Source: an uncultured bacterium
GTDB taxonomy: Bacteria > Verrucomicrobiota > Verrucomicrobiia > Limisphaerales > UBA8199
DNA length: 64,000 nt
Assembly: GCA_963749495.1 (NCBI GenBank)
Contig: CAVVMW010000015.1
Location: 1-64,000, forward strand
Reading direction: 5' to 3'
The notes beneath the pieces are model-generated. The model was not told where the DNA came from and searched no databases. It saw only the letters and a program-made list of their open reading frames with translations. Positions 10,368 through 21,889 of this stretch are shown here, in pieces. The translations under genes and the position numbers were made by a program. How positions within the stretch are numbered: the stretch's first letter is position 1; the number at the start of each line of letters is the position of its first letter.

Positions 10368-11617
10368 CTACGCCTCCTCATCCGGGCCTGGGTATTGTTC
10401 GGGCGCCTCGCCGGCAGATGCGATGAGCTGGGAGTGCCGCGCTGTTTTGTCAGGGGGATCGATGCGTTCGAGGCGGACCGAGAATCGCCAGCAGTCGCCG
10501 TAGTCGTAGAGGAGCTTCATGGTCTCCTTTTCCGGCAGCAGTGTATTGCCCACCTGGATCTCGGTGGTGTGGGGCCCTCAGCACAGAAGGGATGGGTGAA
10601 CTCGCGGGCCTTGCCGAGTTGATCCCGGTATTTGAAATCGTAGAGATGATCGTGGTCGAAGTCGAACGCGGAAAGGATGGCCTGGGCAAGGTGTTCGAGT
10701 GTGTTGTGGGCCGGCACAGCCAACCGCCGCCAGGCCCTGCCGAGGTTGACCTTGAAAATGTAGAGTCCGGGGCGGAAGCCTTGCTGCACCGGCGCATAAG
10801 CCCGCTGCAGTTGGGGAAACCAGGGTTGAAAGGCCGGTCTCAAGAAGCCGTACGTGGCCTCGGGAGGCACCAGACCAAAAACTACGCCGCCCTCGGCCCG
10901 TTTGGCGCTAACAAACCCCAGGAGGACCTCGCGGGCGGCCCCACCCCATGGGGTGAGCCTGGCCTTTTCCATAATCCAACCTCGGTTTCCAGGCGGCCTC
11001 GGACTTTCCAGTGACCTAGCTTGCAGTTCGATGAGACCGAAGCGCGCCATCAGTTGCGCGTTCCAATCGCGTATGTGCTCGCCGAAATCGACCATGTGGA
11101 TCCACTCATGGTAGGTCCGCCAGGCGGAGGACACCTCCGTTTCCAGGAAGCGCAAGAGTTGGCTGGGTTGGTCGGTCATCCGTGCTCCGCGCTTTGAACT
11201 AAGGACGGAGTCCTCGGCGCACAACAGCCACGCTTCCATCAGGGAAAAGTACCTCTCCGTTAAATTGAGGCCGGACCAGGCGGCCATTTCATTTTCACCG
11301 ACCCGGACGCGCCCCGGTTGGGTCCGCACCAGGCCCATCACGCGAAGGAGAATGTAAGGTCCGGCGATGTTCGGAAAGGTCCGGAGCTGATGCCGTTGCA
11401 GGTTGATTTCAACCGGCTGGCTCAGGCGCCTGTTGAGCTCCGGCAGCGCGTGCGACGGCAGATTCCCCTGAGCGCTCGTTGTGCGCAGGCCCGCAGCGCC
11501 AATAAAATCCAAGAGGATCTGAATGTCGCCCAGGATCGATCCCGGTTTGTCCAGGGTGATTTGCTGCGCTTCCAGGAACTGGCGAGCCTCTTTTGACACT
11601 GCGAATGACGGGTTCAT
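10368..11617 (-). CDS. pRiA4b ORF-3 (TnpR-like) domain protein, frameshifted near 10570
   Basis: C-terminal WRRLAVP..TLEHL..AFDFDHDHLYDF continues as LLYDYGDCWRF in another frame. Confidence 0.75.
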
Positions 11618-11619
11618 TG

Positions 11620-14600
11620 TTATCGCCCAATCCGGTTTTCCAGCGGGGCGGAGATGCGGGCCAGGGTGCCGCGCGCCGGGCCGGGGCCAATGGCGAACTG
11701 GCCGCCAACGTCCTCCATCCGCTTGCGCATGTTGCGCAGCCCGTTCCTGCCCTTGTTGACGGCCTCAGGGCCGAGTCCACAGCCATCATCTTCGATTTCG
11801 AGCACAAAATGGCCCGGCTCAAGGCGCAGGCGCAGCCAGACGGAGGAAGCGCGGGCGTGCTTGACCAGGTTATTGACCGCCTCTTTGGCGACCAGGAAGA
11901 CGTTGTGCCTGAGTTCCGGGGAGATGGGGGTGGCGGGGAGTTGGGCGGGCACCTCGAGGCGATAGCGCAGGCCCGCCATGGCCAGGTATTCTTCGGCGTA
12001 TTTGCAGATATAGTTGACCAGGCCGTCGAGGGTGTCGTAGGCGGGGTTGACAGTCCAGACGATTTCATCGAGGGCGCGGGTGGTGTCGCGAGCGGTTTGG
12101 GAGATCTGGCGGGCATGCGTGGCGACCTCGCCGGGCAGGCCTCGATCGGTCTCGGCCAAGTCCCCGAGCAGGGCCACCTGGGTGAGGTTGGCGCCGAGTT
12201 GGTCGTGGAGGTCGCGAGCGATGCGGGCGCGTTCCTTTTCGAGGGCCTCGTGCTGGCGGAGGGCGGCCAACTGGCGCTGGAGCTTTTGCGTGGAGACGTA
12301 ATGCACCGAGCCGACAATTATCCCGAGCAAGCAGACACCGGCAGCGGTGAGGAACCACCAGGTCTGCCAGAAGGGCGGCAACACGGTGACGGCCAGGGTG
12401 CTGCCCTCTTTGTTCCAGACACCGTCCTCGTTGCAGGCGGTGACGTGGAAATGGTAGCGGCCGGGCGGCAGCTTGCCGTAGTAGGCGTGGCGCTCGTCGC
12501 GGGGCGGCGTCCAGTCCGTCTCAAAGCCCTCCATCCAGCAACGGAACCGGGCGCGGTCGGCCGCCGCCAGGTTGAGGCTAGTGTATTGGATGTCGAGGCC
12601 CTCTTTGCCGGCCGGGATGATGACCTGGCGCAGCGGGGCGGCGCGGAAATTGTTGGTGGCTTGGCTGTCCCGGATAGAGACCGACTCGATCACGACGGGG
12701 AGTTGGTTGGTGTTGGGCCGGAGCTGGGCCGGGTCCACAGAGACCAGGCCGCGAGTCGTGGCAAACCACAGCCTGCCATCGGGGGTTTGGCAGGCGCCAG
12801 GTTGCGAACCGAAGGTACACTCACTGGTAGGGAGGCCGTCGGGCTTGCCATAGGTTCGCCAGGCAATCGCGCCCGGCGGCTCGTCGGCAAGATCGTCAAT
12901 GGTCCCGCTCTTGACGGAGCCATCGGCAAACCTGTTGAGCTGGTCTTTGGGGGCGCGGACCAGACCGCCATAGGAGCCGATCCACAAGTAGCCCTGCGCG
13001 TCTTCCGCCAGGTAACCGAGGTTGCTGGTGGGCAGGCCCTCCTTCCTGGTAAAGGCGGTCCATCGGCCATTGCGGAACCTGGCCAGGCCGCCGGAGGTTG
13101 CCGCCCACAACACCCCTTCTTTGTCCACGAGCAGCGAGCGGATGTTGTCGCCGGGCAACCCATCCTTCCGGGTGAACCAGGTAAAGCGCCCGTCGCGCAG
13201 ACAATTGATCCCGCCCCCGGCAGTGCCCACCCAGAGGTTGCCTTGGGCATCGTCTGCGATGGCCTGGACGGCGTTGGTCGAGAGACCGTTGGTGGTCGTA
13301 TAGACCCTCCAATCGCGGCCGTCCCAGCCGGCCAGACCGCCGGCCGTGCCCACCCACACCATGCCGCGACCGTCCTGGAAGATGGCGGAGATGCGCGGAT
13401 GGATGGCGGGCACGGAGCCGGGGGCCGTTCTGAACTCGCCCTGGTGGAACTCAAACAACCCAAGGTCCTGCGTGCCCGCCCAGACTCGGCCCTCACGGTC
13501 CATGAACACGCTTCGCAAGGAGAATTCCGTCAAGAACTGGAGGCCGTTTGCCGGGCCACCCTGCTGAAAGGAGTTGGTGAACACCTGGACGTTTGTTCCT
13601 CCGACCCAATGGTCCACACGCCCCTGGTTGTAACCGATCCAGAGCCCGCCCTTGTGATCGTCGCAGACAGATTGCACGACCAGCCCGCTCGTAAGCGCAG
13701 GCGACAAATCGAATAACTGGCGCTTGACCCGGATCAAACCGTCGCCGTTGGTCCCCACCCAGAGACAGCCCTCGCGGTCAACGTAGAGCGCGAGGACTGT
13801 GCTGCACTGCACGCCCCGCTCGTTCCCGAGGTCGATGCGAGCCCCACTGCCCCCGGGTATCAAACCAGTAAACCTCGCCCTTGAAGGTGCCCGCAACCAG
13901 GTTTCCCTCGAGGTCCTCGCACACGGCCGTGACGGGACTGGTCAACTGGTTCCACGGGTATGCGCGCGCTTCGAAGGTCTGGTCAAGGCTGTTGGTCCTG
14001 CACCTGCAAATGGAACCGTTAGCCAGGCGCCAATAGCCGCCCCGTCTGCTGGCCAGAAGGAAGTCCAGCCGGCCCACCGACAACTCGCCCTCGACCGCGA
14101 GCGCGCCGCCGGCCGGGCCCGCCGGGGGGGACGCACAGCGGTCTGCCGGCCATCGGTGCCGACCCACAGCAGGCCGGAGTCTTCGGCGATGAGGGCGCGC
14201 AGATGGCTGGTCCCGGCTTCCCAACCGAGCAGACTGCCCTGATAGAAGCGGACCAAGTGGCCCGTCGAGGAGTGGCTGCTGGTGTCGGCAACGTGCAGCC
14301 ACACCGCCCCGCTGGCATCCTCGCAGATGGCCTCGAGCCGGGAACTGCCCGGCTGGACGGGGACCTTGTTGAGGTTGCCATTGGTGCTGACCAGGGCGAT
14401 GCCCTCGTCCTCGGTGCCAATCCACAGGTTGCCACCGCTGTCCTCGAAAAGGGTCTTGATCTGGTTGCTCTTGAGCCCGGGCGTGTTTTCCTGATCGAAC
14501 CGGGTGAAGCGCCTCCCGTCGAACCGCGCCAGGCCGCCGAATGTCCCCACCCAAAGGTAACCGTCCCGTGTCTGCGTCATCGCCGCCACACAACTCTGCG

Positions 14601-14721
14601 GCAGCCCCTGCTCCCAGCCGAAACGCTCGATCAAGAAGCGCTGGCTGGGCGCAGACAGCACTGTGCCGCACATGCCGAGCCACAGCCCGGCGGCGGCAAA
14701 AAACCGGCAGTTCTTCGGCAT
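11620..14721 (-). CDS. Beta-propeller (Reg_prop / Y_Y_Y) sensor histidine kinase, two frameshifts in the 5' part
   Basis: Repeated D..G.LWVGT..GL units, a TM helix, ERARIARDLHD (HisKA_3) and EAVNNLVKHA..DDGCG..GNGL. Pieced from ORFs 13942-14868, 13778-14770 and 11620-13896. Confidence 0.88.
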
Positions 14722-14793
14722 ACCCGACGCTCGCAGCCCACAGCTTGCCTGCGCCGAAGCCGGGAAGCAAGCCCGGGCAGGGGTAAGGACGGC

Positions 14794-15083
14794 AATGACG
14801 AATGACGAATGACGAATGACGAATGACGGTTGCAGCTGTCCCGAAGGGACATCCTGAGAATAGCCCAACGTTTCAACGTTGGGATCTGGGCGACGATAGG
14901 CCGAGTCCCGAAGGGACGGCTGAAATCCTCCAGCGTTTCAGCCGTCCCTTCGGGACTCGGCTCGGCTGCGCCTTTAACCCAACGTTGAAACGTTGGGCTA
15001 TTCTCAACTGTCCCTCCGGGACAGGGTGGCCGCCGTGTTTCGGTCTGGCTGCATTCGTCATTCGTCATTCGTCATTCGTCATT
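14794..15083. repeat. Composite palindrome: (AATGACG)5 - REP/BIME-like element (14836-15024) - (CGTCATT)4
   Basis: GTCCCGAAGGGAC hairpins and CCCAACGTTTCAACGTTGGG units in inverted arrangement, bracketed by inverted heptamer arrays. Confidence 0.85.
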
Positions 15084-16329
15084 GCCGCCCCTGCGCACGG
15101 ACGTCCAGGGCGATCATCTTGTCGAGGCTGCGGGCGTAGAGGATGCCGTTGGCCAGGACAGGGTTGGCCCAGGTGTCATTGCCCGTGAGGGCCTGGAAAC
15201 TGCAGAGTTCCTTGAAGGCCTCGGGACTGGCTTGGGCCAGGCCAAGCTTTCCGTGCTGGCCGTAGAGGATCAATTTGCCGTCCGCGCTCTGGACGGCCCC
15301 TTTGCCGTAAGCATCGGTGCGCCACCTCACGGCGCCGGTCTTCCAATCGAGGCACTTGAGCTCGCTCTCGTCATAGCCGTAGAGGAACCCGTTCAGGAGC
15401 AGGCAACTGTTGACGTGGTTTCTCATGTTCTTGTTGCGCCAAAGCACCTGCGCGGCCGTGGGCGCGGCCTTGAGCAGCGCGCAGCCGGTGTCGTAACCGC
15501 TGGAGATGAAGATCTCATCGCCCTGGATGATCGGTGTTGCCGCATTGACACCGTAGCTGGTTTTCCACGGCACCCGCCACAGCTCGCTGCCGTCCTTCAT
15601 CCTGCGGCAGACCAGGTGGTCGGTGCTGAATTGCAGAAAGCAGCGTTGTCCGGCCAGGCTGAAGGCGATCAATGAGGAATAGCCTGCGCCGTCATTGCCC
15701 GCCTGCCACACCAACTCGCCCGTGCGCTTCTCAAAGGCCGCCACCGAGGCATTGTTCTTGCCGCCTGCTTCGGTGAGCACCCAATCCCGCTCGATCAAGG
15801 GTGAGCCGACGAAACCCCACGTGGGCGGCTCGCCCCCAAGGTCTTTCTTAAAGTCCTTGGACCATTTGACCTCTCCGGATGCCGCGTCGAGGCAGAAGAA
15901 ATGGCCGGCCCGGCTCAGGGTATAGACCCGGCCGGCATCCAGCGTGGGCGTGCAGCGCGTGCCGTGGTATCCGTTGGGGTCTTTGGAAGGACAGGCATAT
16001 TCGTGCCTCCAGATCGACCGGCCTGTCCGGGCGTCGTAACAGAAGACCGTGTCCTTTTCGTTCACGTTGCCCATTGTGTAAAGGCGCCCCTGGTTGACGG
16101 AAAACGACGACAAACCGATCCCTACGTTCCCCTCCCAGAGCTTCCTCGGCCCCTCCGCAGGCCAGGCGGTCAGCCAGCCCGATTCCCGGGAAATCCCATC
16201 GCGGGTGGGGCCGCGCCATTGCGGCCAGTCATCGCCCGAGGCAGGCCGCGGCAGACCTGCCGCGACGGCCAGGCCCAGGAGTGTGACGGTGAGGTGGGTG
16301 AGGGGGCACTTCATGCGGGTTCGGCTCAT
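15079..16329 (-). CDS. PQQ-like beta-propeller repeat protein (BamB-like)
   Basis: Signal peptide, DWPQWRGPTRDG and repeated C.DA.TG..W units. Confidence 0.9.
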   Translation of the reverse strand: MSRTRMKCPLTHLTVTLLGLAVAAGLPRPASGDDWPQWRGPTRDGISRESGWLTAWPAEGPRKLWEGNVGIGLSSFSVNQGRLYTMGNVNEKDTVFCYDARTGRSIWRHEYACPSKDPNGYHGTRCTPTLDAGRVYTLSRAGHFFCLDAASGEVKWSKDFKKDLGGEPPTWGFVGSPLIERDWVLTEAGGKNNASVAAFEKRTGELVWQAGNDGAGYSSLIAFSLAGQRCFLQFSTDHLVCRRMKDGSELWRVPWKTSYGVNAATPIIQGDEIFISSGYDTGCALLKAAPTAAQVLWRNKNMRNHVNSCLLLNGFLYGYDESELKCLDWKTGAVRWRTDAYGKGAVQSADGKLILYGQHGKLGLAQASPEAFKELCSFQALTGNDTWANPVLANGILYARSLDKMIALDVRAQGRQ

Positions 16330-16544
16330 TTTTTCGGGCCATTATGCAAACCGGCTATGCCTCGCCAAGTTGAAAATGAGAATCGGCAGGACGTTGGTGG
16401 TTGTCTGAGCGGAACCTCACGCCAGTTGTAATGGCAGATGAATCCGGCGGTTGGCGAACCACGACCATCCGTCACCGAACGAAAATCACGCCTTGTCGCC
16501 GCTGCCCCATTCCGGTAAGAATCATCATTAGACCGTGACGAATC

Positions 16545-16859
16545 GTGGCACCGGAATTCCAGTTCGGGTTCGAGTGGGACCCGCCGAAAGCTGCGGCGAA
16601 CGCCCGCAAGCACGGAGTGACTTTCGAGCGAGCTGCCACCGTATTCCAGGATCCGGAGGGACTCTCAGTTTACGACCGCGCGCACAGCGAGGCCGGGCAG
16701 GACCGATGGATCACGTTGGGCATGGACGACCATGGGCAACTGCTGGTAGTTTGTCATACGTGGCGGGAGGCGGGTGAAGTCGCGGCACGCTGTCGCATCA
16801 TCTCCGCCCGCAAAGCAACCAGGACTGAAGCCCGGCAGTACCGGGCGCGCGAACGATGA
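16545..16859 (+). CDS. brnT: BrnT-family toxin
   Basis: FEWDPPKAAANARKHGVTFE..DRWITLG..RIISARKAT. Confidence 0.9.
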   Translation: MAPEFQFGFEWDPPKAAANARKHGVTFERAATVFQDPEGLSVYDRAHSEAGQDRWITLGMDDHGQLLVVCHTWREAGEVAARCRIISARKATRTEARQYRARER

Positions 16860-17056
16860 AGAAAGAATACGACTTCTCGAAAGCCGAGCGCGGGCGTTTT
16901 TACCGCACCAACGCGAGACTCAACCTGCCCATCTACCTGGAGCCGCAACTTGCGGCGCGGCTCTCTGCAGCAGCCCGAAAACGCGGCGAGGACCTTGGAG
17001 CACTCGTGAATCGGCTCCTGAAACACGAAATCGAACTCGCGGAAGTGCTGCGGTGA
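16856..17056 (+). CDS. BrnA/CopG-like antitoxin
   Basis: MKKEYDFSKAERGRFY; ATGA overlap with brnT. Confidence 0.85.
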   Translation: MKKEYDFSKAERGRFYRTNARLNLPIYLEPQLAARLSAAARKRGEDLGALVNRLLKHEIELAEVLR

Positions 17057-17063
17057 GCAGCAT

Positions 17064-18016
17064 TCAAATGTCCTGAGACTCGAGCCACTGGACGAAGAGC
17101 GGTATCCCCCGCTCGATCCGGACCTGCGGGTCATAACCGAGGTGCGCGCGCGCCTTCGAGATGTCGGCGCAAGTCAAGGGCACGTCGCCCGGTTGCGGGG
17201 GCCGGCGGTCGATGACGGCCTTTTGGCCGAGGGCCTGCTCGAGCAACTGGATCAAACGGTCCAACCGGACGGTTTGGGATTCGCCGAGGTTGAAGATCTG
17301 GTAGCCGAACTCGTTGCGCGTGCAGGCGGCGATGCCCTCGAGGATGTCGGTGATATACGTATAGTCGCGCGAGGTCGAGCCGTCGCCGAAGACCGGGATG
17401 GGCCGCCGGCGCGGATGAGCCGGGCGAACTTATGGATGGCCAAATCAGGCCGCTGGCGCGGGCCATAGACGGTGAAAAACCGCAGCATCACGACGTCCAT
17501 GCCATAGACATGATGATAGACATGGCCCAGCGCCTCGCACGCCAGCTTGCTGGCGGCATAAGGGGAAATGGCGCTGAAGATCGGGTCGCTCTCCGAGAAC
17601 GGCACCTTCGAATTGACGCCATAGACCGACGAGGAAGATGCAAGGGTGACTTTTTTGACCCCGTTCAACCGGGCCGCCTCTAGGAGATTGGCCGTGCCTT
17701 CGACATTGACGCGCTGGTAGAGGGCGGGCTGCTCCAGGCTCGGCCTGACCCCCGCCCGCGCGGCCAGGTGAATGACCTGGTCGAACTTCACGCTGCCCAA
17801 CAACTCGTCGAGCGCCGCGCGGTCGGTCAAATCGCCGAAGACAAACTCGAACGGCTTGGCCAGGGCCTGGAGGTCGCGCAGGTTGCGCTGCTTGAGCTGC
17901 GGCTCGTAGAACGGGTTCAAATCGTCAAAGGCCCACACCGCCTCGCCGCGATCCAGCAAGTAGTGGCAGAGGTGCGAGCCGATGAAACCCGCCCCGCCGG
18001 TGACCAGAAAGTTCAT
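17064..18016 (-). CDS. NAD-dependent epimerase (UDP-glucuronate 4-epimerase-like), frameshift near 17400
   Basis: LVTGGAGFIG, HLAARAGVR, YAASK, RFFTVYGPRQRPDLA; C-terminal QPGDVPLTCADI in a second frame. Confidence 0.88.
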
Positions 18017-18047
18017 TGGTCTAACCAGCCCGGCGCGCCCTGGGATG

Positions 18048-19151
18048 TCAAGCGCATAGCGGATTGCGCCAGAGGTCGATGGGGCGCTGGACGCCCTTGG
18101 GTCTGAAGGGCAGGCCCACGCGGGCGCCCAGGCCGGCGGACTGGTAGCCCGCGCAGAGCACCTCCTGCACGAGCCGCCCGTCCTGGCCGGTGGCCTGAGG
18201 CTCTTCTTTGGCGCGCACGCACCGGGCGAAATGGCGCATCTCCTGCGGAAAACCGTAGTTCCACAACTCCTCGAAGACGGGCCAGGTCCAGCCCTTGGTA
18301 GTCGGGGCCTTCTCGACGGCGTAGCCGTAGCCATACTCGCTGTAGGTTGGCAGGGCATTGCCCATGTGCAGATCGGCGTAGGTGACGCCGCCTTCGCCAT
18401 AGACCTCGATGCGGTCTTCCATGCCGCCGCGCCGGGCCCAACTGTTCTCAATGACGGCCTTGGCGCCGTTCTCGAAATCGAGGATGCACAGGCAATCGTC
18501 CTCGCCCCGCGTCTTGTCCTGGTGCACATAGGTGCCCATGTGGCAGAGGACGCTCTTGATGCCGGGCCGGCCCAGAAACCACCAGCAAAAGGCTATCCCG
18601 TGGCAACCCATGTCCATGAAAACCCCGCCCCCGGACTGCTGCACGTCCCAAAACCACGGGGCGTGCGGGCCGAAATGCTTCTCGGCCTGCTTGACCAGAT
18701 AGACCTTTCCGAAGGCCCCTTCGTCAGCCATCTGCCTGGCCTTGACATATTTGGGCGTGAAATAAAGTTCCTCCGCGTAGAGCAGGAGCACCCCCTGGCG
18801 CCGGCAGGTCTCGATCATCAGGTCCGCCTCCTCCAGCGTCGTGCAGAGCGGCTTTTCGCACACGATGTGCTTGCCCGCGTTGGCCGCGTCCACCGCCATG
18901 CGGGCGTGCAGGGCATTGGGCGCCGCGATGGTGACCAGCTCGATGTCCGGCTCCGCCAGCATCCGGCGGTAATCCGTGAAGAAGCGCGGCAGGTGGTGCC
19001 GCTGCGCAAACCGCTGCGCGTGGCCGGGCGTGGGCGACGCCACGGCCACCACCTCCGCCTCGTCGGGCAGGATGCGGAACGACTCAGCGTGGATGTCCGC
19101 CTCGAATTGAGAACCGATAATGCCGACTTTGACTCGTCCTTTGGTGTTCAT
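18048..19151 (-). CDS. Gfo/Idh/MocA oxidoreductase
   Basis: GKHIVCEKP and GGGVFMDMGCH. Confidence 0.92.
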   Translation of the reverse strand: MNTKGRVKVGIIGSQFEADIHAESFRILPDEAEVVAVASPTPGHAQRFAQRHHLPRFFTDYRRMLAEPDIELVTIAAPNALHARMAVDAANAGKHIVCEKPLCTTLEEADLMIETCRRQGVLLLYAEELYFTPKYVKARQMADEGAFGKVYLVKQAEKHFGPHAPWFWDVQQSGGGVFMDMGCHGIAFCWWFLGRPGIKSVLCHMGTYVHQDKTRGEDDCLCILDFENGAKAVIENSWARRGGMEDRIEVYGEGGVTYADLHMGNALPTYSEYGYGYAVEKAPTTKGWTWPVFEELWNYGFPQEMRHFARCVRAKEEPQATGQDGRLVQEVLCAGYQSAGLGARVGLPFRPKGVQRPIDLWRNPLCA

Positions 19152-19206
19152 AGTGGTCGTCCGAAAATGTCAAACGCAGACATGGGAGTATCCAAATTGT
19201 GGTGTG

Positions 19207-19965
19207 TCACGGTCGTTCAGGAGTCTCCGTCTTGTCATAGAGCACGAGAGCTTGGTGGTGAAGCCAGAGAAAAGAGACTGGAAAGCGCGCGGTGATGGCC
19301 GGTTGCTGCAGCCGTTCGACGATGGGGCGCTTGCGCGGCCCCCCGGCGAGCAGGAGGATGGTTTTGGAGTGGAGGATATCGCTCATGCCCAGGGTGAGGC
19401 CGTAAGACGGCTTGGCGCCGGACACGGCGAGCATCGGGTGCTCCAGCGAGCTGGGTGCCAGCTCCGCGACGTGTGGCCCGGGGCAAAGCGCCTCGCCCGG
19501 CTCGTTCATGGCAATGTGGCCGTTGGCGCCGACCCCCAGGACACAGAGGTCAATCGGCCCGTTCCGGGCGAGCCATTGGGCGAGCCGCTCGCATTCGCGC
19601 TCCGGCTCGGCGGGGTGGCTCTCGAAACCCTGGTAGCGGTCCGGGCTGATCCGGAGCGGACCCAGGAGGTGAGTTCGCAGGTCGCTCTCGCACGTGGCCG
19701 GGTCCGCGAGGCCGAGCCCGCCCCATTCATCCACCTTGATGACCCGCATGTGATCGAAGCGCCCGGGCTGCACGCTGGCCAGTTCGGCCAGCAGCGCGTA
19801 GGTCCGCCTGGGGCTGGAGCCGGCGGCAGCGCACAGGAGCAACTCGGGCTTGCGCCGGAGCCTGGACTCGATGATTGCCGCGGCGTGCCGGCTCATGGCC
19901 TCGGCATCCTGCACCTCGAGGAAGCGGAGGTTGCCGGGAGGCCCGTTCGAGGGCTGAGCAGTCAT
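19207..19965 (-). CDS. Glucosamine/galactosamine-6-phosphate isomerase (deaminase) family protein
   Basis: AAGSSP, KVDEW, IDLCVLGVGANGHIAMNEP and LTLGM. Confidence 0.85.
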   Translation of the reverse strand: MTAQPSNGPPGNLRFLEVQDAEAMSRHAAAIIESRLRRKPELLLCAAAGSSPRRTYALLAELASVQPGRFDHMRVIKVDEWGGLGLADPATCESDLRTHLLGPLRISPDRYQGFESHPAEPERECERLAQWLARNGPIDLCVLGVGANGHIAMNEPGEALCPGPHVAELAPSSLEHPMLAVSGAKPSYGLTLGMSDILHSKTILLLAGGPRKRPIVERLQQPAITARFPVSFLWLHHQALVLYDKTETPERP

Positions 19966-20061
19966 CCCGGATGGAAATACAGAAAGGCCCCTGGAAAAGC
20001 AAACGGATTGAACACCAGGGCCGTAAGGCCCCATTGGAGGTGGAGCTGTCAGGGGCGCAGA

Positions 20062-20226
20062 CCCCTCACCCTGGCCCTCTCCCCGCCCGCCTGCCCCGAG
20101 CCTATCGGGGAAGGGGAGAGGGAGAGTTCTCGGCAGCGGCGTGAGCAAGCGGACGGGCCTGGAATCCCCGGCGACCGCCGGTGCTCCTCCCTCTCCCCTC
20201 CGAGGGGAGAGGGTCGGGGTGAGGGG
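20062..20226. repeat. CCCCTCACCC-type REP-like inverted pair
   Basis: CCCCTCACCCTGGCCCTCTCCCC ... GGGGAGAGGGTCGGGGTGAGGGG. Confidence 0.75.
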
Positions 20227-20327
20227 TTCGCGGGAGACTCAGTTTCCGCCTTCACTGACCGATTACCCCTGGCCCGCGCGTTTCTTCCAAACGAATTGCC
20301 CGGCGCCGGCCGTCGCTCAATGGTCCA

Positions 20328-21134
20328 TCAGGGCTGGGGAACGAAATTGGCGACGGGCAGAATGGCCTGCTGGAGCTTGCGGAGATCTGCCAGATCGGCC
20401 GGGCTCTCGGCCCGCTTCCAGTAACTCTGCTTCTGCTTGAATTGCTTGGGCCATTTCCATTTCCAAGTCTCCGCATGGCCGTCGGCAAATGACAAGACTC
20501 CAGCCCGGCCATGCCGGTCCGCCGGCATATTGACCCACCGGTCATCGGGCGCAGGCCAGGTCAGGAAGTGGGCGTCATCAATGCTGTCTTCGTTTTCATC
20601 GATGAACACGAAGAGCCGCGCCGGCTGCGGGATGTCGTTGGCCCGCAGCACCGTGTTTTGGACCTCGTTCGTCCGTCCGCCCAGGCAGCCGCTCATCGAG
20701 CAACTGCGCGTCCGGAGCATCCCGGTGTTTTGCCCTTGGAGAGTGTGGACCGTTGATTTGTCCGCCGGGCAGTGGTAGATCGCCACCGACCGGTTGTAGT
20801 CGTACTTGAAGAGCAATCCCTCCTGGATGGGCACGAAGCTCTCGTCATGGGGCGCGCTGCTGAATCCGATCCACGAATCCGGCGTGCTGCGCCAGGCCCC
20901 ATTCGTTATCATCGATCGGTTCGGCGGCACCATGCCGTTGTGGTCATCGACATAGAGCTGCCAGCAGGTCTGCAGTTGCTTCAAGTTATTCAGACAACCC
21001 ATTCCGGTGGCTTTGGCCTTGACTCTGCTCACGACAGGCAAGAGCAGGCTCGCCAGGATCGCGATGATGGCGATGACGACAAGGAGCTCCAGCAGGGTGA
21101 ACGCCGCCTGGCAACGGACAAAGAATGTCTTCAC
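20328..21134 (-). CDS. Prepilin-type N-terminal cleavage/methylation domain protein (H-X9-DG type)
   Basis: AFTLLELLVVIAIIAILASLLLP and RHGRAGVLSFADGH. Confidence 0.9.
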   Translation of the reverse strand: MKTFFVRCQAAFTLLELLVVIAIIAILASLLLPVVSRVKAKATGMGCLNNLKQLQTCWQLYVDDHNGMVPPNRSMITNGAWRSTPDSWIGFSSAPHDESFVPIQEGLLFKYDYNRSVAIYHCPADKSTVHTLQGQNTGMLRTRSCSMSGCLGGRTNEVQNTVLRANDIPQPARLFVFIDENEDSIDDAHFLTWPAPDDRWVNMPADRHGRAGVLSFADGHAETWKWKWPKQFKQKQSYWKRAESPADLADLRKLQQAILPVANFVPQP

Positions 21135-21142
21135 AGGGGCCC

Positions 21143-21889
21143 TCACTTTGTTGGGATGGGGTTGGTCGCCAGACCGGCACACGCCCCGCGGCGGAGCTTG
21201 CGGTAGAGGCGGATGATGCCCCGCAGGTCGGCCCATACGGTGGAGAGGATCTTGACCCGGCTGTCCTGGTCTTCAGTCCACCGCACGGGCAGGTCATAAA
21301 TGCGGTAGCCGGATTTCTCAGCGAGCACGAGCAGTTCCGTGTCAAAGAACCAGCCGGTGTCTTCAACCGCTGGAAGGAGCCGGGCTGCAGCCTCTCTGGT
21401 AATGGCTTTGAACCCGCATTGGGCATCCGAGAAGCGGGTCCGCAAGGCCGCCTTGACAATCCAATTGTAGCATCGCGACACGACCTCCCGCTGCCAGGAC
21501 CGGGTGGTGACCGAAGCCGCCTGCAAGCGCGAGCCGGTCGCTACGTCGAAACGGCCTGAGGCAAGGGCATCGATCAAGAGCGGGAGGGCCGCCAGGTCGG
21601 TGGATAGATCGATGTCCATGTAGCTGAGTATGTCCGCCGTGCTTTCGAGCCACACCTGCTTCACGGCGCCGCCCCGGCCCTTGCGATCGCTGTGCGCCAC
21701 TCTGATGTGCGCGCGCTGGCTCAGGTCTCGCGCCGCCGCCAACGTTCCATCCGTCGAGCCATTATCGGCGATCACAACCTCCCACGAAAGCTCCCTGTGG
21801 GCCTCCAGGAACCCGCCCAGGGCGCTTACGCTCGAAGACAATTGGGCCTCCTCGTTGTACACCGGCAGTGTGATGTTGACGAGGAGCAT
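21143..21889 (-). CDS. GT2 glycosyltransferase (polyprenol-phosphate glycosyltransferase-like)
   Basis: LPVYNE, DNGSTDGT, YMDIDLS, DAQCGFKA and FFDTELL. Confidence 0.9.
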   Translation of the reverse strand: MLLVNITLPVYNEEAQLSSSVSALGGFLEAHRELSWEVVIADNGSTDGTLAAARDLSQRAHIRVAHSDRKGRGGAVKQVWLESTADILSYMDIDLSTDLAALPLLIDALASGRFDVATGSRLQAASVTTRSWQREVVSRCYNWIVKAALRTRFSDAQCGFKAITREAAARLLPAVEDTGWFFDTELLVLAEKSGYRIYDLPVRWTEDQDSRVKILSTVWADLRGIIRLYRKLRRGACAGLATNPIPTK

